DNA of 64,000 nucleotides from Candidatus Magasanikiibacteriota bacterium (lineage in GTDB: Bacteria > Patescibacteriota > Patescibacteriia > Magasanikbacterales > UBA922): assembly GCA_021648085.1 (NCBI GenBank), contig JAKITS010000001.1:682759-746758 (forward strand), given 5' to 3'. A program made the position numbers and the translations under genes. This document shows positions 31,249 to 41,138 of the stretch, piece after piece. How positions within the stretch are numbered: position 1 is the stretch's first letter; each line of letters opens with the position of its first letter. The notes under the pieces were generated by a model. The model made no database searches. It saw only the letters and a list, made by a program, of their open reading frames with translations, and had not been told where the DNA came from.

Positions 31249-32460
31249 TTATCCCCAAATAGATTTCAATATACTCTCTTTTGCGCCACGATATGCTGGA
31301 AAAAACCCTCCTATCAAAGCAGCGCCTATTAAACTTAAATTACTTATGCTTATAATATTAAATGTTATTTTTAACGAGACCCAACCGACAGGAAAATCTA
31401 AAGGATTTACAATAAATAATGGTCGTATAACAAAAAGGATTAAAGATGCCCCAATGATTACGCCAACTACTCCATAAAATAATGCCTGCATAACAAAATA
31501 CAAAATAATTGTATTTTCCTCCATACCAATAGCTTTTAATATTCCAATTTGTCTTCTTTTGTTTACGACACTTACAAAAATAATAATAAATATAGTTACT
31601 CCAGCAACAATCGTTCCTATTACTCCAAGTATAATACTAATCATTGTAAAACTTTTACTAGCACCAGAAGTAAAACCCATTAAATCTTGCCATTTTTTTA
31701 TATCCTCTTTGTTTAATCCAGCTTGCCTTATTTCTTTAATATATATTTCTTCATTGCCTGTATCTTCAACTTTAATCAAAATTTCTGATGCAAAATTGTG
31801 AATTTTTAAAACAGACTCCATCTCTTTTTTAGTTATAAACAACATTTGATCGGCTTGAGTGCTTTTAGTGCTAAAAATACCCTTTACTGTATATGTTCTG
31901 TTTATACCATTGCTAAATAAAACATTTATTTCATCTCCAACAACAACACCAAGACTTAAATAATCCAAGTCACCACCATATCCTCCGGCAATTTCTTTAC
32001 CTATCATTATCTGATCTCTATCATTCTTATCTAAAAAATCTCCGTCTACAATTGACTTATGGATTTTTGTAACTTTTTTTTCATCTTCTGGGTTTATTGA
32101 TTTTAAGACCCATCTACCACTTTTTATATCATAACCATCTTTACGATAATCATATTTCACAATCGGACTATCTATGTAATGTTGAGAAACCCCAATAATC
32201 CCTGGTATTGTTTTTAATTGTTTTATTGCACTTTTATTGTCTATATATTTTTTATCAATAGCCGGTTCTATTGTTATATTTCCATATTGATTATCAATAG
32301 CTTCCTGATTTATTGCTTCAACTATTCCACCAAAAATTGAAGCAACAAAAACAAGATTAACATACGCAAGTGTCATAATTAGAATGGTCATTGCTAATGT
32401 TCCCTTGTTCCCTCGTTTAATAGAGGTGATAGCTAGGAATAATGATGTTTTTATATTCAT
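31249..32460 (-). CDS. ABC transporter permease (FtsX/MacB/LolCE family)
   Basis: TM1, large extracytoplasmic domain, RRQIGILKAIG, FPAYR. Confidence 0.92.
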   Translation of the reverse strand: MNIKTSLFLAITSIKRGNKGTLAMTILIMTLAYVNLVFVASIFGGIVEAINQEAIDNQYGNITIEPAIDKKYIDNKSAIKQLKTIPGIIGVSQHYIDSPIVKYDYRKDGYDIKSGRWVLKSINPEDEKKVTKIHKSIVDGDFLDKNDRDQIMIGKEIAGGYGGDLDYLSLGVVVGDEINVLFSNGINRTYTVKGIFSTKSTQADQMLFITKKEMESVLKIHNFASEILIKVEDTGNEEIYIKEIRQAGLNKEDIKKWQDLMGFTSGASKSFTMISIILGVIGTIVAGVTIFIIIFVSVVNKRRQIGILKAIGMEENTIILYFVMQALFYGVVGVIIGASLILFVIRPLFIVNPLDFPVGWVSLKITFNIISISNLSLIGAALIGGFFPAYRGAKESILKSIWG

Positions 32461-32654
32461 TTAGTTTTATTATTTAAGAGATTTTTTAAGGAATAAAAAA
32501 TAATTTTTCTGTGTTGAATAATATGTATAGAGATAAGAATAAAAAATATTAATTGGACAATTTTTATAAATTGAATATCAATAATCTTTGACAATAGTAT
32601 AACTGCAAATATTGCGATTAACAAATAATCTATAATTAATGTATATTTTTTCAT
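32457..32654 (-). CDS. Small membrane protein heading the ABC operon
   Basis: ATG 32654, two hydrophobic helices, HIIQH; overlaps the permease start (ATGA). Confidence 0.55.
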   Translation of the reverse strand: MKKYTLIIDYLLIAIFAVILLSKIIDIQFIKIVQLIFFILISIHIIQHRKIIFYSLKNLLNNKTK

Positions 32655-32801
32655 AGTAATATTTAGATTAGATTTTTCGTAGCGGAGCAGAGAAAACACC
32701 TTATTTCCCCTCTTTTAAATTTAAAAAAATCAAAAATATTCCTTATTCTTTAAAGCCCAACAACAAAAATCTTTAAATTCAAATTTTTTCAAAAATATGT
32801 C

Positions 32802-32867
32802 GTATAACTGGTTTTTATACAAACTTTTTATTTTTTAATAACATAAAATTGTATATTATACAAACTT
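32802..32867 (-). mobile_element. attI-like tyrosine-recombinase site
   Basis: GTATAA-7 bp-TTATAC at 32802-32820 containing minus-strand GTTATAC; direct repeat TTATACAAACTT at 32815 and 32856. Confidence 0.45.
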
Positions 32868-32938
32868 ATGTTATGTTTTTTAATACAAATAAATTAAATA
32901 AAAATTAGCTTAATATTTATTTAATTAAAAGAAAATAT

Positions 32939-34075
32939 TTAATCAACATGCTTCACAACAACCTTTACATGAGAATCCACAGGAGGTACAGTCTGAATCC
33001 ATGCAGGTTTAAATTCTACATCTACACTACTTACATGGTCTAAAGACAATATATACTCACGCACCTCCTCTGCGCTCTTGTCAAAAAACATTACTTTTTG
33101 AAGTTGCTTGCTATCTGAATTCAGTTTTGCAATTCCACTATAAAATATATTTAATACTGCCGAACCTCTAGCCAAATCATAACTCTCCAAAGAAACTACA
33201 GGATCGGCGTCACCCTGCTCCACCAATTCTATATCGTTTACAGACCTTCTCATCAATAAATTCCTTGCTCTTGCGTCTACCTCTTTTTTGTCATACATTA
33301 CTGCCAAAACTGTCGCTCTTGCAGAAACTGTAAACTCTGACACCTCTTCGCCAATTTCTGTATCTGTCTCAAAAGTATTTTGTACAATAGAAAATACGGT
33401 GTTCATTGTTGGTGCAATTTGTCCAAAAGATTTTTTACCAAGCTCTTCCAACTCCCCCAAAAGCACTGTTTCAGCTTGTTTTATATCTTCTGCACTTACA
33501 ACTCCACTTGTTGTAATTCCACCAGTCATAGCTTCTTCACTCTCACCAAAAATTACCTTCTGTTTCGCTTCATCCAATCCAGGAATTGTAAATTTTGTAG
33601 GGCTTATATTATTTTCCACGCCTTTTGTATCAGAATAGACATCTGCAGTGATTTTTCCTTTTGCAGGAACAACTACCTTATCTTTGAGTCTAAAAAGTAT
33701 GCCGTCTGCAGAAAGAAATCTTGTCGTTGAAATTAAAGGCTGATTAGAGTTTGTTTCATTAAAAACTGTAATAGTGCCACGAGCAGTCCCTGGCTCTTCT
33801 TTGTCCCCAGTTGGACTAAACACCTTGTCCAAAGTAATAATAGTTGTAGTCACTGCCCCTGTCACAGCGTTACTCCCCTTTCCCACATCCACAGTTCCTG
33901 ATACATCTACCACTTCTGTTTTACTTATTATTGTAATAGTAGCTCTTTTTGATGACATAAAAAGAATAACAGCCAAAAGAGCTACTGTTAAAAGTAGAAA
34001 TGAAATTGCAATAAATTTATACAACTTTACTGGCTGCTCTGCCGCAAAATTCTTTTGAAATTTTCCTGAAGACAT
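32939..34075 (-). CDS. Membrane-anchored baseplate-J-like hypothetical protein
   Basis: TM helix, ARGTITVFN, TRFLSADG.LFR, FTIPGL, MTGG, P.W...P; resembles a family common in CPR. Confidence 0.6.
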   Translation of the reverse strand: MSSGKFQKNFAAEQPVKLYKFIAISFLLLTVALLAVILFMSSKRATITIISKTEVVDVSGTVDVGKGSNAVTGAVTTTIITLDKVFSPTGDKEEPGTARGTITVFNETNSNQPLISTTRFLSADGILFRLKDKVVVPAKGKITADVYSDTKGVENNISPTKFTIPGLDEAKQKVIFGESEEAMTGGITTSGVVSAEDIKQAETVLLGELEELGKKSFGQIAPTMNTVFSIVQNTFETDTEIGEEVSEFTVSARATVLAVMYDKKEVDARARNLLMRRSVNDIELVEQGDADPVVSLESYDLARGSAVLNIFYSGIAKLNSDSKQLQKVMFFDKSAEEVREYILSLDHVSSVDVEFKPAWIQTVPPVDSHVKVVVKHVD

Positions 34076-34177
34076 ATTCTATTTTGAAATTACAGTTTTT
34101 TAAAATTCCTCCTTTTTTTAACTCCCCGAACATTTGATGTTATCATTAAAAAAGAATATTTTTAAATCAATGTTTAA

Positions 34178-34228
34178 GGGATTCCCGCCTGCCGGCAGGC
34201 AAGCCCCACTTTGGTTCGAAATGACAGG
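34178..34228. repeat. Right half of a family C REP-like element
   Basis: GCCTGCCGGCAGGC...TTCGAAATGACAG. Confidence 0.55.
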
Positions 34229-34239
34229 AAAAATAAATA

Positions 34240-35964
34240 TTATTCAATCACTCTAAATACCTCCTCTACTGAAGTTTCCCCCTCCATTGCTTTTAACACT
34301 CCGTCTTGAATCATGGTTATCATACCATTTTTTACAGCGACCTGTTCTATATCTGTTTCCGACACATTTCCAGATACGATTAGCTGTTCTATTTCTGGAA
34401 TCATTGTAAAAATTTCATAAATACCAATTCTACCTTTGTATCCCAAATTACTGCATTTATCACATTTTCCAGGTCCGTAAAATTTTCCACTCGCTTCAAT
34501 ATTTTTTTCTGTTTCTGGTAAATTTTCCAAAGTTTTATCTACTCTTTCTTTTTGCTCTGGTGTAAGCTCAATTTCGACCTTACAATCACACAATTTACGC
34601 ACAAGTCTTTGCCCAATCACACAATTTAGTGCAGGAGCCATCAAAAATGGTTTTACACCCATAGAAAGAAAACGAGGAATGGCACCAGATGCACTATTAG
34701 TATGAATTGTAGACAACATTAGATGTCCTGTCAAAGCAGCTTGGATTGCAACTTCGGCTGTTTCCAAATCTCGGATCTCTCCAACCATCGCAATATCTGG
34801 ATCTTGCCGCAACACAGAACGCAAAGCACTTGCAAAAGTATAACCTTTTGTGGCATCCATTTGACTTTGATTTATTCCATCCATTCTATATTCTACAGGG
34901 TCTTCGAGTGTAATAATTTTTACACCTGGCTTGTTCAAATACTGCATTATAGAATAAAGTGTTGTTGTTTTTCCTGATCCAGTTGGCCCAGTTGTGATAA
35001 TCATTCCATTTGGTCGCTCTATCTCCGCTTTGAGTCTTTCGTGTGCACTTCCACGCAAACCCAAATCCTCAAAAGCCATTTTTTCTTTTGATTGTGGAAG
35101 TAATCGCATTACAATACTTTCACCATAAACAGTAGGGATTGTAGAAACACGAATATCCACATCTCCACTTTTTGCTTTTATTGTAAAGCGTCCATCTTGA
35201 GGCTGATCTACAACATTTATTTTTAAAGATGACAAAAGTTTGATTCTTGAAACCAATTTTTTATACATTTCTTTGGATATTGTACCAGCATCATGCAAAA
35301 TTCCATCCATACGAAAACGGATTACAATCTTTTCTTCTTCTGCTTCTATATGAACATCTGACGCACCCAATTTTAATCCTGCTCCCATTATAAATGTCAC
35401 TATATCTGTTGCTTTTTCGCTATCAAACAATTTTTGTAATGATGCGAAATCATTTACATCTGCCTGAACTTTTTTCAAATCTTCTTCACTTATTTCTACA
35501 TTTTTGGAAATTACAGCAATAGTTGGAACTTTTTTGTACAATTCAAAAACTTTATCAAAACTTTCTTGAGAAATTGTATACAAAGCTCCGTTTGCATGGT
35601 TTCTTTCTTGAATTTGATGTAGCAATTCCTTTACTTCTTCACGGCTTGGATCTACTGCACCCAGCCTTACCTCATCTTGAGAGAAAAAGAAACAAACAAC
35701 GCCCAATTCTTTTGCCTGCTTTTCTGGAATTTGCCTTAAAGACTCTTGGCTCACTGGAAATTTTACCAAATTTATATAAGAAAAACCCAAAGAACCAGCA
35801 AGCTGTTCAGCTCTGGTTTCAGATTCTTTCAAAGAAATATCCTCCATTTTTTTTGTAAATTTTTCCTGTACAACCGTTTTTTGTTGCGAGACTTTCTCCC
35901 CCTCTTTTTCTTGTGTTTCCTCTTTTTTTGGAATCAAATCATCTATTGTCTGAAAGTTTGACAT
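34240..35964 (-). CDS. pilB: GspE/PilB family type IV pilus assembly ATPase
   Basis: ASDVHIE, PQDGR, GPTGSGKTTT, TLEDPVE, LRQDPD, GEIRD, TGH, tetra-Cys region. Confidence 0.92.
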   Translation of the reverse strand: MSNFQTIDDLIPKKEETQEKEGEKVSQQKTVVQEKFTKKMEDISLKESETRAEQLAGSLGFSYINLVKFPVSQESLRQIPEKQAKELGVVCFFFSQDEVRLGAVDPSREEVKELLHQIQERNHANGALYTISQESFDKVFELYKKVPTIAVISKNVEISEEDLKKVQADVNDFASLQKLFDSEKATDIVTFIMGAGLKLGASDVHIEAEEEKIVIRFRMDGILHDAGTISKEMYKKLVSRIKLLSSLKINVVDQPQDGRFTIKAKSGDVDIRVSTIPTVYGESIVMRLLPQSKEKMAFEDLGLRGSAHERLKAEIERPNGMIITTGPTGSGKTTTLYSIMQYLNKPGVKIITLEDPVEYRMDGINQSQMDATKGYTFASALRSVLRQDPDIAMVGEIRDLETAEVAIQAALTGHLMLSTIHTNSASGAIPRFLSMGVKPFLMAPALNCVIGQRLVRKLCDCKVEIELTPEQKERVDKTLENLPETEKNIEASGKFYGPGKCDKCSNLGYKGRIGIYEIFTMIPEIEQLIVSGNVSETDIEQVAVKNGMITMIQDGVLKAMEGETSVEEVFRVIE

Positions 35965-35965
35965 A

Positions 35966-36952
35966 TCAACTCTTTAATTTATCAATAAAGTGAACCAATT
36001 TACTTTTTACCCCTTCTTTGTGCATTCTCATAAACAGATCTGTCCAAACAGAAGTTGCAAACGCTGTAAAAACTGAACCAAGTGTCATTACAATAAACAA
36101 AGTTATTACAAATCCAAAAATAATTCCTACCATTTTTAGTGCAATCACACCTGTCAAAATAGATAAAAACCAAAAAACTGCCAAAGGTATAAGGAAGAAA
36201 AAGAAAATTGCCAAAAATCCTAGCAACATTACTGCAAAATTTAAAATCATTATTATTAGCCCAACCTCAATAGACACAAGTGGATGATGTGTAAAAAGCC
36301 TCCACGCTGCGACTATTGATTCTACAAATGAATACTCCTCTACCACCACATATCCTGCGGCATAAATTGCCAAAAATGAAATCAACATTCCAGAAATTAA
36401 TGCAAGAACCAAAGTAACCACAAAACTACTGAATGTAAAAATATTTGCACTACTGTACATTATCAAAAGAGAGAGTGTAACAAAACTGGTCACCAATAAA
36501 ATTAGACTTTTTTTCAAAACATTTATAAAAAATAAGCGTCCAGAATGATTTACACCTTTATGCCAAGCTGTGCCAAAATCTGGAACTTTTTTACCTCTCA
36601 CTTTTTGTGCTATTGAGTTTATAATAGCACCTTGGCTAATAACCGCAACAAATATAAAGAAAAACAATAAACCTGCCAAAATAACAAATAGCCAAATAAG
36701 TGCAAACCATTTTGATATAGAAAGTGGTAAACCTGTGGTTAAAATAAAAAGTTCAACAAAACCTTTTGGCACGAAAAAAGTATCCAAATAAATAGGATTT
36801 TTAAATCCTAACATTAAAATTTTGTGGATCAAATCGCCTATTCCAGCCTGACCCAAAAAAGTTGCAAACAATCCAAAAATCCACAAAATCTTATGTTCCC
36901 AGACAATCTCCCAACTTTCTCTTATGGTTTGTATGTATAATGGTTTTTTCAT
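35966..36952 (-). CDS. Polytopic membrane protein
   Basis: About 7-8 TM helices, LWIFGLFA motif. Confidence 0.75.
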   Translation of the reverse strand: MKKPLYIQTIRESWEIVWEHKILWIFGLFATFLGQAGIGDLIHKILMLGFKNPIYLDTFFVPKGFVELFILTTGLPLSISKWFALIWLFVILAGLLFFFIFVAVISQGAIINSIAQKVRGKKVPDFGTAWHKGVNHSGRLFFINVLKKSLILLVTSFVTLSLLIMYSSANIFTFSSFVVTLVLALISGMLISFLAIYAAGYVVVEEYSFVESIVAAWRLFTHHPLVSIEVGLIIMILNFAVMLLGFLAIFFFFLIPLAVFWFLSILTGVIALKMVGIIFGFVITLFIVMTLGSVFTAFATSVWTDLFMRMHKEGVKSKLVHFIDKLKS

Positions 36953-37124
36953 AATTAAAATTTAGAGCCTCTCTTAAGACCTATTCTTAAACATAGCTAA
37001 TAAGCTAATTATAGCATAATTAAAAACTAGCGACAATTCAATTTTATATAATAGGTTTGATTTTTATACTTAATTTATCTATAATTCCACCAGAGTTTTA
37101 ATCGCGAAAAAGGAGGACGAGCAA

Positions 37125-37487
37125 ATGACAGAAGGCAAAGACAAAAAAGAATTTAAAGGTGTAATTTTTGGACATTTCGAAACTGGATGTGAAGGTTATA
37201 TGTGGGTATTTTATGAAGATGGTAAAGAAGGTTATGATGGTTTGAAAAATTTAGAAGCTGGAGATCATCTAACAATTTTTAATAATGATGGTTTGGAGAT
37301 TTTTTCAGAGATAATTAAACCTGATCATGAAATCGGCAAACAAGTTATCCCTCTTAATCCTGAATATTCTCAACCTACTGCTTTGGGTTTGTGGATTCAT
37401 TGGACACAAGATGGCTTTTTACCTGACGATTGGGCAAAACTCTTCTTTCAAAAGCCTCCTTTTCGAGCAACTCTTCGCAAAAAATAA
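37125..37487 (+). CDS. Orphan hypothetical protein rich in Trp and Gly
   Basis: TTGATT/TATAAT promoter, AAAAAGGAGG SD, terminator 37505-37532; FETGCEG..W and HWTQ motifs. Confidence 0.7.
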   Translation: MTEGKDKKEFKGVIFGHFETGCEGYMWVFYEDGKEGYDGLKNLEAGDHLTIFNNDGLEIFSEIIKPDHEIGKQVIPLNPEYSQPTALGLWIHWTQDGFLPDDWAKLFFQKPPFRATLRKK

Positions 37488-37637
37488 ATTGTTTTGCGAT
37501 TACCAACCGCCCTGTTTCTTGGGCGGTTTTTTTAATTAATCCTTATAATTTAGTTTTTGTTCACAACTCTTGACAGTTTTTATTTTTTCGTGTATCATAT
37601 TCCACTCAAGATAGTTCTTTTAAAAAAGAGAGGTGGC

Positions 37638-37937
37638 ATGGAAGTTCAAAAAAGTAAAATTATTCCTCGTGACAAGCGAATGGCTGATTTTACAAAACAA
37701 TATGGTACTTTAGGTAAAGTTATTTTAAATGCTTTCAAAACAAACCATGCAGTTCCATCAAATTTTAGGGGTTATACACAAGATTATTATATTACTCTAG
37801 CTAAAAACTTTTTAAGGCGTTTCCAAAGTGAATGTGCTAGAATGGTTTTTATGGCGATGGTTGAAAAAAAACTCACACCAAAAGATACAAAAGCGATAGC
37901 CGAAAATATTATTCAATCTTTATGTGAACCTTTTTAA
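37638..37937 (+). CDS. Orphan hypothetical protein; start moved to ATG 37638
   Basis: TTGACA 37570, GAGG SD, terminator AAAACCAGCGA..TCGCTGGTTTT. Confidence 0.65.
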   Translation: MEVQKSKIIPRDKRMADFTKQYGTLGKVILNAFKTNHAVPSNFRGYTQDYYITLAKNFLRRFQSECARMVFMAMVEKKLTPKDTKAIAENIIQSLCEPF

Positions 37938-37985
37938 AACCAAAACCAGCGATTGAGTCGCTGGTTTTTTTATTTTACTTTTTTC

Positions 37986-39854
37986 TTACTTTACTTTCCT
38001 TATTCCTTTTCCCACCAAAAATTCAAAAGCTTTTTGCTCTATTGTTTCTTTTTCAAGCAAAGATTTCACAACTTTTTCCAATTCTGGCTTATATTTTTTC
38101 AAAACCACTTTTGCGCGATCAAGTGCCTCATTCAACAATCCATTAATTTCCACATCAATAGTTTCTGCAGTTTTTTCACTATAATTTTTCTTGTCATGAA
38201 TTTCTTGCGCCAAGAAAATCAACTCTTCACGCTCACCATACATTCTAGGTCCAAGCTTATCACTCATTCCATATTGCATTATCATTGCAGTTGCAGATTT
38301 TGTAGCTTGCTTCAAATCACTAGATGGACCGGTAGAAATTTCATTATCACCATAAATCATTTTTTCTACAACATATCCACCCAAAGTCATAGCCAAATCA
38401 TCTTTAAACTGCGCACGAGTTCTATATCGCACATCGTTTTCTGGCATACTCAAAGTATATCCACCAGCACTACCACGACTAATAATAGAAACTTTACGAA
38501 CAGGGTGACAATTTTCCAAGAAATGCCCAACAATTGCATGTCCAGCTTCGTGGTAAGCTGTCATTTCACGCTCTTTTTTCTGCATAACTCTAGACTTCCT
38601 CTCTGGCCCAAGCAAAACTTTTTCGATACTTTCCAAAATAAAAACCTCACTAATTTCTTTTTTGTTTTTACGCACTGCCAAAATTGCAGCTTCGTTTAAC
38701 AAACTCTCCAAATCTGCCCCAGTAAATCCAGGCGTTCTCTCTGCTAAGTTTCTCAAAGAAACCTTTTTAGAAAGTGGTTTATTTTTTGCATGAACTTTTA
38801 ATATCGCCTCTCTGTCGGTAATATCCGGCATATCTATCACAACTCTTCTATCAAATCTACCGGGACGCAAAAGTGCTTTATCCAAAACATCTGGTCTATT
38901 TGTAGCTGCAATAATAATCACACCAGAATTTGGCTCAAATCCATCCATCTCTACCAAAATCTGATTCAAAGTCTGCTCTCTTTCATCATGACTTCCACCA
39001 AGTCCTGCTCCACGCTTTCTTCCTACCGCATCTATTTCATCTATAAATATAATTGCTGGTGCAGCTTTTTTTGCTTTTCCAAATAAATCACGAACACGAC
39101 TTGCTCCAACTCCTACAAACATCTCCACAAACTCCGATCCACTAATGTGGAAAAACGGAACATCCGCCTCTCCTGCCACGGCTTTTGCCAACAAAGTTTT
39201 TCCAGTTCCCGGAGCTCCCATCAAAAGTACGCCTTTTGGAATTTTTGCTCCCATTTTTTCAAACTTTTTTGGAGTTTTCAAAAACTCAACAATTTCTTCC
39301 AGCTCCTCTTTTGCTTCTTTTGCTCCTGCAACTTTGCTAAAATTTATCTTACTTTTACTATCTTTATTAAATTCTTTTGCTTTACTTTGCCCAAAACCCA
39401 TTGCTTTGTTATTTACTCCTTTTACCTGTCTTGTCATGAAGTAAATAATCACCAAAATAATAAACAACGGCAATAAATACGGTGCCAAAATAGCCAACCA
39501 AACAACAAAACCTGTCTCTTCTTCTACAAAAACTTCAATCGCACGAACTTTATCTTCTGCAACACCATAATCAGACATAATATCTGAAAATGATTGTCCA
39601 AATTCTTTTTTTACTTGCTGCTCTTTTGCTTCCTCATTATGTAGTTGAACAAAAAGCTTATCCCCACGAACTTCAATTTTTTTGATTGACCCGTCTTCTA
39701 CTTCTTGAACCAACTGAGTAATTCCAATCTTGTCTGGCTCTTCTGTGTTCATATCTACAAAACTCAAAACTGCAGCAATTGAAAATAATATCAAAAATAT
39801 TGCCAAAAAATTCTTTGTCATTCCAAATTTTGTATTGTTTTTTTTCTTTTTCAT
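37986..39854 (-). CDS. ftsH: ATP-dependent zinc metalloprotease FtsH
   Basis: Two TM helices, [34 protein letters not shown]. Confidence 0.98.
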   Translation of the reverse strand: MKKKKNNTKFGMTKNFLAIFLILFSIAAVLSFVDMNTEEPDKIGITQLVQEVEDGSIKKIEVRGDKLFVQLHNEEAKEQQVKKEFGQSFSDIMSDYGVAEDKVRAIEVFVEEETGFVVWLAILAPYLLPLFIILVIIYFMTRQVKGVNNKAMGFGQSKAKEFNKDSKSKINFSKVAGAKEAKEELEEIVEFLKTPKKFEKMGAKIPKGVLLMGAPGTGKTLLAKAVAGEADVPFFHISGSEFVEMFVGVGASRVRDLFGKAKKAAPAIIFIDEIDAVGRKRGAGLGGSHDEREQTLNQILVEMDGFEPNSGVIIIAATNRPDVLDKALLRPGRFDRRVVIDMPDITDREAILKVHAKNKPLSKKVSLRNLAERTPGFTGADLESLLNEAAILAVRKNKKEISEVFILESIEKVLLGPERKSRVMQKKEREMTAYHEAGHAIVGHFLENCHPVRKVSIISRGSAGGYTLSMPENDVRYRTRAQFKDDLAMTLGGYVVEKMIYGDNEISTGPSSDLKQATKSATAMIMQYGMSDKLGPRMYGEREELIFLAQEIHDKKNYSEKTAETIDVEINGLLNEALDRAKVVLKKYKPELEKVVKSLLEKETIEQKAFEFLVGKGIRKVK

Positions 39855-40074
39855 AAATTCTTAATATTCCCACTTTTAAATAATGTCTTATAACTATAGG
39901 AGAAAATACATGTTTTGTCAATTAAAAAGTACGATTTTATTGACAAAAGTGTAAATAAATGATAATATTTTCTATTAAGAAGCTTCTAATAAATAAGTTT
40001 ATTAGAAATTCCTTAAAGTTCTTTATATTCACCAGATCTATGGCAAGATCTACCCTTAACAAAAGGAGAGGAAA

Positions 40075-40851
40075 ATGGAAAACGAGAAAAGAGACAGGAA
40101 ATCTTGGGCTAAACTTTTGGCCACACTATTTGGATTTTTAGCGTCAGTATTTTGGATTTTGTATTTAGTTCTTGGTGCAGAATCTGTGCCGAGCGTATCC
40201 TCAATATTAATGTTTGATGATTTCGGTTTGGACTTACCATTTGAAATTTCAAGATGGTGGGATATTCCAGCGTTAGCTTTCATTGTTTATATTTTTACTT
40301 TGCAGGAAAAAGATTTGGAAAATATAAAAGGAATGATACTTGTTTTTATTTTCTTATTTTTAATACTAATTCTTTTTGATAATAAAATTTTTTTACCGCT
40401 TTTGTGTATTGAATTAATTTATGGAATTACATTAGGTTTGTATTTTTCAGAAGAACTAAACAACATTAATCCAATCGACAAAATTACCTTTAAAGAAATT
40501 CTCAATTTTATTCCAAAAAATCTTCTAATTGGAATTTGGGCAGGAATTAGTGTTGGAGTTGGAGTCTTCTACGGATTCACAATCGGAGCTGTTCTAGCTC
40601 TAGTCTCCACACTTAGTATTTGGGCTTTTGCACTAGTAATAATCTTCGGAAGGAAAAACTTCAAACTTCTTGTGCAAACAATTCTTGGAACTTTTATGAT
40701 GATAGCAGTTGCGACTGCATTCCTGTTTGGAAACATTCTTGCAGACTTAACAAAAACATTAGTTGCAGGAGGTGTATTTATAGTATTAGGAATTATCCTC
40801 ATAATATTGCAATCCAAAAAGAAAAAGAAAGTTGAGGAAATTGAAGAATAA
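40075..40851 (+). CDS. Orphan polytopic membrane protein
   Basis: TTGACA 39940, AAAAGGAG SD, ISRWWDI motif, terminator 40863-40893. Confidence 0.7.
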   Translation: MENEKRDRKSWAKLLATLFGFLASVFWILYLVLGAESVPSVSSILMFDDFGLDLPFEISRWWDIPALAFIVYIFTLQEKDLENIKGMILVFIFLFLILILFDNKIFLPLLCIELIYGITLGLYFSEELNNINPIDKITFKEILNFIPKNLLIGIWAGISVGVGVFYGFTIGAVLALVSTLSIWAFALVIIFGRKNFKLLVQTILGTFMMIAVATAFLFGNILADLTKTLVAGGVFIVLGIILIILQSKKKKKVEEIEE

Positions 40852-40928
40852 TTTCAGCGCCCAAAAGACCGGAGCAAATCCGGTCTTTTTTTTATTTTAT
40901 TTTTTCCCATCCTAATTTACCACCTCAA

Positions 40929-41076
40929 TCACGTCATCCTGAGCGGAACGAAGTGGAGTCGAACGGATCCCAGTGCAATATCATCAGAACTATGAATATT
41001 TTATGTTCTGGTTATTCTGTTGCGAGATCCATTCGACTCCATTCCGTTTCACTCCATTTCGCTCAGGATAACGTAA
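40929..41076. repeat. REP-like paired palindrome, family B
   Basis: TCACGTCATCCTGAGCGGAACGAAGTGGAGTCGAA ... TTCGCTCAGGATAACGTAA. Confidence 0.8.
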
Positions 41077-41138
41077 ATTATAAATAAAAATAAAAACTCA
41101 CTTTAAAAAGTGAGTTTTTATTTTTAAGTTTTGTAGTT

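Larger units (their letters stand above)
30423..32798. repeat. Pair of ~110 bp imperfect inverted repeats (30423-30530 and 32697-32798) bracketing the ABC operon
   Basis: TATTTTTGAAAAAATTT, TTTTGTTGTTGGGCTTT, TATTTTTGATTTTTT and AAAGAGGGGAA blocks occur collinearly in opposite orientation. Confidence 0.75.

Noticed and set aside
8851-34075. Prophage suggested by the Bro-N and baseplate-J-like genes
   Set aside because: They are over 20 kb apart among core genes; no integrase, terminase, capsid or tail genes
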